Of a stretch of 64,000 nt of DNA, positions 51,491 through 64,000 are shown piece by piece (the stretch's first letter is position 1; each line of letters begins with the position of its first letter). The stretch comes from Chrysemys picta bellii (lineage: Eukaryota). Location: assembly GCF_011386835.1 (NCBI RefSeq), contig NC_088798.1, forward strand, positions 2,790,001-2,854,000, given 5' to 3'. The position numbers were made by a program, and so were the translations under genes. The notes below the pieces were generated by a model, which worked only from the letters and a program-made list of their open reading frames with translations, had not been told where the DNA came from and ran no database searches.

Positions 51491-52897
51491 CCAGGAGAAC
51501 TCACACCCCGGCTGCAAAAGGGGGATAGTGACCCTGCCCCAACTTTGCAAGGGACGCTGAGCTCCGGGAGTGAAAAGCGCTGCATGAGTCCGGGTACTAC
51601 CCTCATTCTGTAGGCTGTCCTCCCAGCCAGAGGGGTTCCTGGTCGGCTCTCTCCATGACAGCTGGGCACTGAGACAGGGGCACTCCCTCCTGAAAACCTC
51701 AGCCCTGGTCTGTAATGCCCTGTGTCCTTCCCATGGAAATCGGGTGCCTGGAGGGGGGCTCAGAGTGGCTGAAACCACATCCTGTTGAAGGCCCCGACCG
51801 CCATTCTGCATGCACCGGGTGCGGGCAGCGTAGTGCTCCAGGCAGCTGTGGGTGGATCCCAGCCATGCCAAGGAGATGCACGCCCCCTTACCTGCCCCCT
51901 TGCGCTCATGGACACTTTCCCTTTCCTGTTTTCTTGGTCTCCCCTGACTCTAAAATAAAAGCTGGTCCCTGCCTCCTTTCAACCTGCGCCTTGGGATATT
52001 TAACTGCCCCCTGCATGGGCCCTGCTAAAGGCTGACAGGGTGGAGCTGGGCCCAATGGCTCATCTCTCTTACTCCTCCTTTCTTCCTCCCCCTTGTTACT
52101 ATCGCTGGCTTCGCTCAGGTCCCATGGTCTGGTGATGCTTGTGGCTCAGGCGAGGCCCCCCCTTCCCCCTGCGTTATGTCCCAGTTCTCCTGCCACAAAC
52201 TGATTGTAACACGGTTCTGCCCTCACGCCCTGGGGGCTGATGAACTGCAAGGGCCCTGCATGGGTTGGGATGGACCGTGTCCAGCAGAGGGAGCTAATGG
52301 TCACTGACCCTGGGGCCGATGCACGGATGTGTGGAAACTGGTGAAGCAAGAGCAAAGGTGGGTTATGAAATGGGGGCCGGTCCGACCAGGCCAGAGTCCA
52401 GGTCCAGCATACAACTCTGTAAACGCCCCTCCCAGGCCTAGGTGCTGGAACTCGGGGGGCTGCCGCACCCCTGGCTGGAAGTGGTCTCCATCATATACAG
52501 GGTTTACAGCTTAGTTCAATGGCTCTCAGCACCCCCACGATACAAATCGTTCCAGCCCCCCTGCTCCCCAGGGCACCTTCCAGCCGGTTGTTGCTACGTC
52601 TGAATATAGACATGGCCTGCTGGTGTACCGTGCAGCCCCTCGACCTCACGCGGGGGTCTTGTCCGCTCTCACAAGCTAAGCCGGCCTGGGCAGGGGCAGC
52701 CCTTGGATGGGAGATGACCAGGAGAATATTCAGGCTGCTGACGGGAAGGGGGTGGGTGACGCCACACGAGGCGCTGGCCCCTCTGAATCAATACAGACCT
52801 CACTGCCCCAGTGTGATGCCAGGGGGCAGAAAACCAAACCCAGCCTTACCCTCCCAGCTGCGGGGGCACCTCCCCAACAAGACAGGAGCTGGACTCG

Positions 52898-53030
52898 CGG
52901 GAGAAGAGCTCCGTGGAGCTCGAAGGCTGGTCTCTCTCCCCACCAGACGTTGGGCCCATTAAAGATATGACCTGACCCACCCGGGTTCTTTCGTTTCCTG
53001 GGACCAACACGGCCCCAGCAGCTCTGCAAA
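52898..53030 (+). mobile_element. Degenerate Penelope-like terminal fragment (family of 41511)
   Basis: GAAGAGCTCCGTGGAGCTCGAAGGC...AAAGATATGACCTGA...TCCTGGGACC. Confidence 0.5.
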
Positions 53031-53056
53031 CATACACTCAGCAGGTCAGAGTCCAT

Positions 53057-53099
53057 TCTCTCTCTCTGTGTGTGTGTGTGTGTGTGTGTGTACACACAC
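53057..53099. repeat. (TC)n(TG)n-TA-(CA)n compound microsatellite
   Basis: Direct reading. Confidence 0.9.
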
Positions 53100-53654
53100 G
53101 TCACATCTATGTCCCTCCACCAGAGGGCAGCAGTACCCACAAATATCAAGCAGGAGCAGAGTCCGCCCCGCATGCGGCCTATGTGCTGTCTCATGCATAC
53201 AATCGCCTACATGGTGTTATCCAGATGATACACTGCAAACCCCTATAGCAATGGAGATCGCAGTCAGGTGCTTTTGACCATCTCCTCTGCATCGCTCTGC
53301 CCACCCGTCCATTTCCCCTGGGACTTACTCTAACACCCCAAGCCTCTAAGCAGCCTTAGAGAACCAAGTGCCCTCACCCCAAGTCAGCCCACCAAAGAAA
53401 TTATTCCTAATGTGGAATTTGATAGTTACCCGACACTCAGGCCATGGGTCAAATCCAAATCCTTACTGCGAATCGGGGGGACAGACCTTGCTCCGAAGAC
53501 ATGGCGTGACCTCTGACCTTGGTGGGATTTACGTGTGACCCTTCAAACACTCAGACGTCACCTCCCGGTTCTGTGTTCCGGGTTCACTTAAAACATCATC
53601 AGATCTTTACACCTTCTGCCCTTGAGCTGTATGGGGAGGTGAGTCCTAGTGACG

Positions 53655-53835
53655 GGAGCCCAGGCCTGGCACTGGTCCCGCTTTGTCTTTGGGCAAATCA
53701 CTTCATCTCTTCATGCCTTATTGTCCCCTTCTGTCAAATGGAGACACTGATACTTACCTCCGAGGCGGCTGTGGGGTTGAATTAGGTAACACTTGTTCGG
53801 GGCTGGGAAGATGGAAAGTGCTTTGCAGGTGCTAG
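53655..53835 (+). mobile_element. MIR/CORE-SINE
   Basis: TTTGGGCAAATCACTTCATCTCT...TCTGTCAAATGG. Confidence 0.55.
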
Positions 53836-54424
53836 GCCCTGTGCTGGTACATGGATTGTCTAGACCCTTGTCTATTGTTCTCGTAGGACTCCTGGGTCAG
53901 CCATGCTTTGTCATGCGGCCCCTGGTTTATCTGAGCCTCCAGCCAGTTTGATCAAAACCTCAGGAACTGAGCATTTGCATCAATAATAATACAAACTCCA
54001 TCCTCTGTTTTCATTAGCTTGGACCCCTTTGATTCAATCAGTGAGCCTTTAATTCAATCTCTCTGTGGTCCCATCACCAGAGTAGCCAAATGCCTCACAA
54101 TTTCTAATGTATTTATCCTACCACCACCCCAGGGAGGAGGGCAGCGCAGTTATCCCCTTTGCACAGGCAGGGGACTTGGCCGAGGGAGTCTGTGGCTAGC
54201 AAGGACTTGAACCAAGATGGCTATAGTCAGAGGCTACTGTTCTAGCCGCTGGGCCACCCTTCCTCACAGTCTTAATGCCCCTTGGCATGTAACTAATGAA
54301 GAAGGGGCAAAGGTGCTGAATGAAAGGGTTCAACATAACCCAAGGGAAATCGACGTCGGGAACGAAACGCTGTCCATGGCATGTCGTTGACACATGAGCA
54401 CTGCCATGTGCCCTGCCGGCTGTG

Positions 54425-54443
54425 CCACGCCCCCTGCTGGTGG
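54425..54443 (-). promoter_or_regulatory. CTCF motif
   Basis: Minus strand CCACCAGCAGGGGGCGTGG. Confidence 0.6.
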
Positions 54444-55288
54444 GGTGGGTAACAACACGGCCCCTTAACTTGTGTCGATGGGAACCGATTGGACTAGTAG
54501 AAGGGGAGGCCGCAATGTAGCTTAAAAATGAACGAAAACTGGCTCCTAGGACAGAAAAAAACCTATTGACTAAACTAGAAGCCATATGTTTAAAGGCACT
54601 GCGGATCTCCGGGCTGCTCCCACTCCACAGAGCTTGCTGCCTATCTCCTGGTTCAGTCCTGTCGTGGCAGGGATCAGTGCAGTGACAACTCCATTGGCCT
54701 AGGGCTCCCCGCCGAGCTCTGTCCTCCTGCTTTCAGGAGCGGGATCCTCACCCAAACCGCCCCTTGTCATTCAGCCAGATTCCCAGGCCAAGTCATCCAT
54801 TGGCTAGTGTCTGCAGTATGCCTCGTGGTGGAAAAGCAACAGGATGCAGGTGGAGCGAATGCAAGAAGGGATCTTTCCTGAGGTTGCTGGATACGGGCCG
54901 ACCCTGTGGCGCTCTCTGAGTAGCCCATCTTGTGCTGCATGGTGGCACCACACAGCCTCTCTAAGTCCTGGTCTGGCCTCTGCAGTCAAGAACCGGCCCA
55001 CCCTAAATGAACCCAGCTCTGGCCTCTGGGCACGGCTGGCGTCTTTTAACTGGGGAGGCCACATTGCTGGGGGGCTGGAACTTCTCAGCCCTGGGGGGCG
55101 GCCCCAGACCTGCTGTCCTATCCTAGCACTGTCCAGGGTGCTCCCAGGGGAATTGCATGCCAGGGCCCCAGTGACACTCACGAATTGTCTCCAGCTTTCA
55201 ACCCCCAAGGGCAGGAGTCCAGAGCCAATGGCAAAATGCTGACACCAGCCTGCGTTATTGGGCTGTGCAGTCACAGATGCTGTTCTGG

Positions 55289-55446
55289 CAGGGCCGGCTC
55301 CAGGCACCAGCGGAGGAAGCACGTGCCTGGGGCGGCACATGCTAAGGGGCGGCACTCCGTCCATTCTTGGGGGGCACACTCCGGGCGGCTATTTTTTTTT
55401 TTTTTTTTTTTTGCTTGGGGCGGCAAAAATGGTAGAGCCGGCCCTG
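55289..55446. mobile_element. hAT non-autonomous MITE, intact
   Basis: TIRs CAGGGCCGGCTC / GAGCCGGCCCTG; perfect 8-bp TSD TGTTCTGG. Confidence 0.93.
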
Positions 55447-56239
55447 TGTTCTGGGGCCTGGTCCTGCTGCCGCTGACGTAAAGGATTGGGCCCCGGGGTT
55501 GGACACTCACTTCTGGCTGAGGCTCATGGTTTGCAGGGATGACTGGGGTGTGTGAAATTCTGCCATCCCCGGGGCTAAGAAACTGCTTCCCCAGCTGTGG
55601 CCGGGAGGAGAAGGGGAGCGTCCCGATTGCAAGCCAGGATCAGCGCCGACTGGCCAGCGGCTACGCCAGTGGGGCAAAGAGCAGAGCGGGGTGTTTCTGG
55701 GCTCCACGCACCCAGGAGGAAGGACCCCGAGCCGTGTGTGACTAGGAGACGGGGAGGCAAACCCGGAGCGCAGCTGCTGGGCTCTGAGCAGCCAGCAGAG
55801 GGCTCCCAAGGCCTGTGACTCAGAACCCAGCCCAGTTAGCCATGGTCAGGAAACAAACCGGGGGATGGTATCAGGGTCACCCCCTCCTGCCAAGTGGCCG
55901 ATTGACGGGGGCGTTGGGGGCTGCAGGCACCTGGCTGGCCAGCCTGTCTGGGGGCGGTTCCTGGGCTGGGCAAGCCAGGGCGATCCAGTGGCACCTTTTG
56001 CATTTCCCAAATGCTGCGACGTGAGGCTGGCTGGGCCCCTCCTCCTGCCTAGGCCTGCAGGGCTCCGACCTGAGCCCATGCCCTGGTGAGCCGCACCCCT
56101 GCCCCGGAGGAATCCCCACGAAAGGGAGAGGGAAGCTCGGTCTCCACGGCCCATCCACCTCCCTGCTGGGGACATTGGCGAACAAGCCTCCGGCTTAGGT
56201 ACTTCTCCGTGTACCCCCATTACTGGGGCATCTGAGCAC

Positions 56240-56465
56240 CTGACAGCTGTTAACCCTCCCACACCCCTGTGAGGCAGGGCAGTGGTATCATTGGCAGGGA
56301 ACAGATGGGGAACGGAGGCTAAACCCCAATGGGAGCTGGGCACCTAGTTACCTTGGAGGATCTGGGCTTAAGTAACTTGGCCAAGGTCACGCAGGAAGGC
56401 TGCAGCAGAGCAGGGATTTCAGCTCAGGTCTTTCCAGCCCTAGCTTAGTGCCTTAAGCACCAGGC
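56240..56465 (-). mobile_element. MIR/CORE-SINE
   Basis: CAGATGGGGAACGGAGGC...AAGTAACTTGGCCAAGGTCAC. Confidence 0.55.
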
Positions 56466-58599
56466 CATCCTTTCTGCTGCCCCTAGGTGCTGGCTTGTGA
56501 CCCCCTGTCTCCCATCCCCCACAGGCCACTGAGCAGCCACAGACATAGGCCCAACCTGAATGTAAGGGTGAAAGGCTCCAGCCCCCTTACGGCCAATCAA
56601 GCTCTACTGGGGCTCCTCCAGCGCTTGGGCTCTGTTGTCTTGTCTAGTCAGCTCCCTGTGGAGAAGGTTCCACGCAAGCTGGGGCTTCCAACGGAAAGTG
56701 CAGGGTTGCCCCGTGACGCCTCCTGCCCCCTCCCAAGCCTGGAAACAGGGGCTGGGGGTGGTTACGGCTGGGTGGAGAGGGTTAGTTTCTGTGAAGTGGT
56801 GAAGGTCCTCCCCTCGGCATCTGTTCTCACCAAGGGCGGAGCTCCCTTGTATTTGTTGTGGTGGTGGCTGGTATGTTTGTTTCCTGTGTGACAGCTGGAA
56901 ATGTGAGAGAAACAGAGCAAGGCGGAGAGACAGCAAGGAACCATTGCTAACGCTCAGTGCCTCGTTTTCTCCATCTCTAAAATGGGGGTGAGGCTAAATC
57001 CGTCTGTGCTTGTGAAGTGCTGAGCTCCTTGGATGCTGGAGCTGGGCAGAAAGTCGTTCTAGTATGTAGCTCTCTGCAGCCTCAAAGAACAGTGAAGCTT
57101 TCCCATCCCCTCTGGGAGGTGGGTGGGTAACATGTCCCTTAGTGGATAGGTGGGGAAACAGAGGCACAGAGCAGGGAAGAGGCATCACACAGGGAGTCAG
57201 GGGCAGAGCCTGGGAAAGACAAAGGAATTGGTTCTTTGCATTCGCTTGCATTAAGGGCCATTGGGCCACAACATTGGGTCTGTTTCTTTGGAGGGGATCC
57301 TTGGAGGGAAACTTGGGGTGGTCCAGGAAGGCGAGGAGAACAGCGGGGTTGGGGAGATGGGGGTGAAGTAAGTGATGCTCCCTTGAGAAGTCTTGTTTCT
57401 TTGAACCCTAGAAGAGAGATTCCTGGGACCCCACCAGCCCGCTCCCCATGTTGATACGTGACTGGGAAGCCAATTAAGCCCCTTTTGTCTCCTCTACAAC
57501 CTGCCACCCCCCTTTCCCTCTCTGATTCCTTCTGGAGGGTCATTAATCTCGAAGCCAGCTGTGGCAATTAGAAGTCCCACCAGGGTGCGAACTGCAGCAG
57601 CAGGAAAACCAGCCTGCCTGGGAAAGACAGCTCTTGATGGCAGGGAGGGCAATGCCTTGATTCGCTAGTGGAGGGCAGCATCTGCATGCCATCGTCAGCT
57701 CAGTGCATTGGAAGAATTGCTACTTGGGACTCTAGCTTTGCTGGTGACAAAATCTTGGGCCGGGTAGAGTAAGAACCCCCTGGAGATCTTGTACAACTCC
57801 CTAGCTGGAGAAGGAGGCAAGGAAGCGTCTGCCAGCAGGACACCAATGCTCGCGCCACCAAGAGATGTGTGAGTGTGTTACTGAGCCGGCAACACAGGGA
57901 TGGCAGCTAAGGCCTGGGCCCGTCAGACATTGGCCCGGATCCCAGTAGTTAGGTGCCTAAATACCTTTGAGCACCTGGGCCATTATCTTACCCGAATAGA
58001 CCCAAACGCAGCAGGTTGCAGGAGCGTTGCTGCAGTATTTGGGGCCATTGCTGCAGGATAGCGGAGTGATTTGGTTATAAAATACTTTTGGAAAGAAACC
58101 TCCATCTCTTGTTCGTCTAGGAAACAGGCCGGGGACAAGGAGGGCTCTGAGGGGCTGTGGCCGTTCCACCAAGGGAAGCAAACACCCGGCAGCCAGCGTT
58201 AGGGCCCAAAGGACTAAAACAAACAAATTAAAAACAAAACCAAAACCCTCCAGGGAACGAATCTGCAGCCTTTGTTGTGCTGGTTTCTGTGAAGTGGTTC
58301 AGAGTTTCCAGGCCTGCCCCTGTGAGCTGAACTGCCCTTCTTTGGGTTGGGGGGGGTGTCAGGTCAGATTTACCCCCCACCTGCAGGTTAGTTTGTTTAA
58401 CGCTTTTCTGAACATGCCAGTGGAAATACCCCGCGGGTTTTGCCACCCAAACCCCGCAGCACTTGCGCCAGGGCGGGCAGGAGACCCTGAGCAGGGACCC
58501 GGCTGCTCTGATTTCACCCCCAGCCGGGTCCAGGGGGAAGGGGAAGGAAAGCAGGGAGCAGCACAGCCAATGGAGGTTAACATTCCCGCCAGCTGTTCG

Positions 58600-58883
58600 A
58601 GGCGCGGGCGGGGGATTTTCGTGTCCCCGGGATAAGTCACATTCGGTCGGAATTCGAGGGAAACCCCTCTCCCCGCCCGTCCTCGGCCCCCGCCTGTGAG
58701 CGCAGCGGTCTCTTTAAGAGCCAGCCCCGCCCCCAGCGGGAGGGCGGGGCTCCGGGGGTGACGTCAGGTCCCTTCATTGATTAAAGCCTCCGGGGTTCCC
58801 TGGCTGCGCGGCGCCAGTGTGTGAAAGTTCCAGGGCGGCTCGCCACGTGTGAGGGGCTGGAGGCGGATCGGCCGGCGCCCCCC
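58600..58883 (+). promoter_or_regulatory. PLK3 CpG-island promoter (NF-kB-like sites, GC boxes, CRE)
   Basis: GGGGATTTTC 58611-58620, GGGAAACCCC 58658-58667, CCCCGCCC/GGGCGGGG boxes, TGACGTCA 58759-58766. Confidence 0.65.

Positions 58884-64000
<5,117 letters not shown>

Overview
GC-rich vertebrate genomic window, most likely from a turtle: the CR1 3' ends, Penelope-like termini and hAT/Harbinger MITEs resemble those I recall from Testudines. It corresponds to the RPS8-BEST4-PLK3 block of human 1p34.1. From left to right: (1) one intact U5 snRNA gene (- strand) with PSE, SPH+octamer DSE and 3' box, which is the last unit of an ~820-bp tandem array whose other two units are decayed; (2) RPS8 (+, 6 exons, 208 aa), hosting five box C/D snoRNAs (SNORD55, two SNORD46, two SNORD38), with a G-rich ~50-bp minisatellite just upstream; (3) BEST4 (-, 9 coding exons, 503 aa); (4) an unnamed two-exon type-I membrane leucine-rich-repeat gene (-, 421 aa) with a tyrosine-motif cytoplasmic tail, which I do not know from the human BEST4-PLK3 interval; (5) the first 7 exons of PLK3 (+), running off the window. 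Many CR1, MIR-like, Penelope, hAT, Tc/mariner and Harbinger-type fragments are interspersed. All identifications are by eye and from memory of reference sequences; no database search was run.
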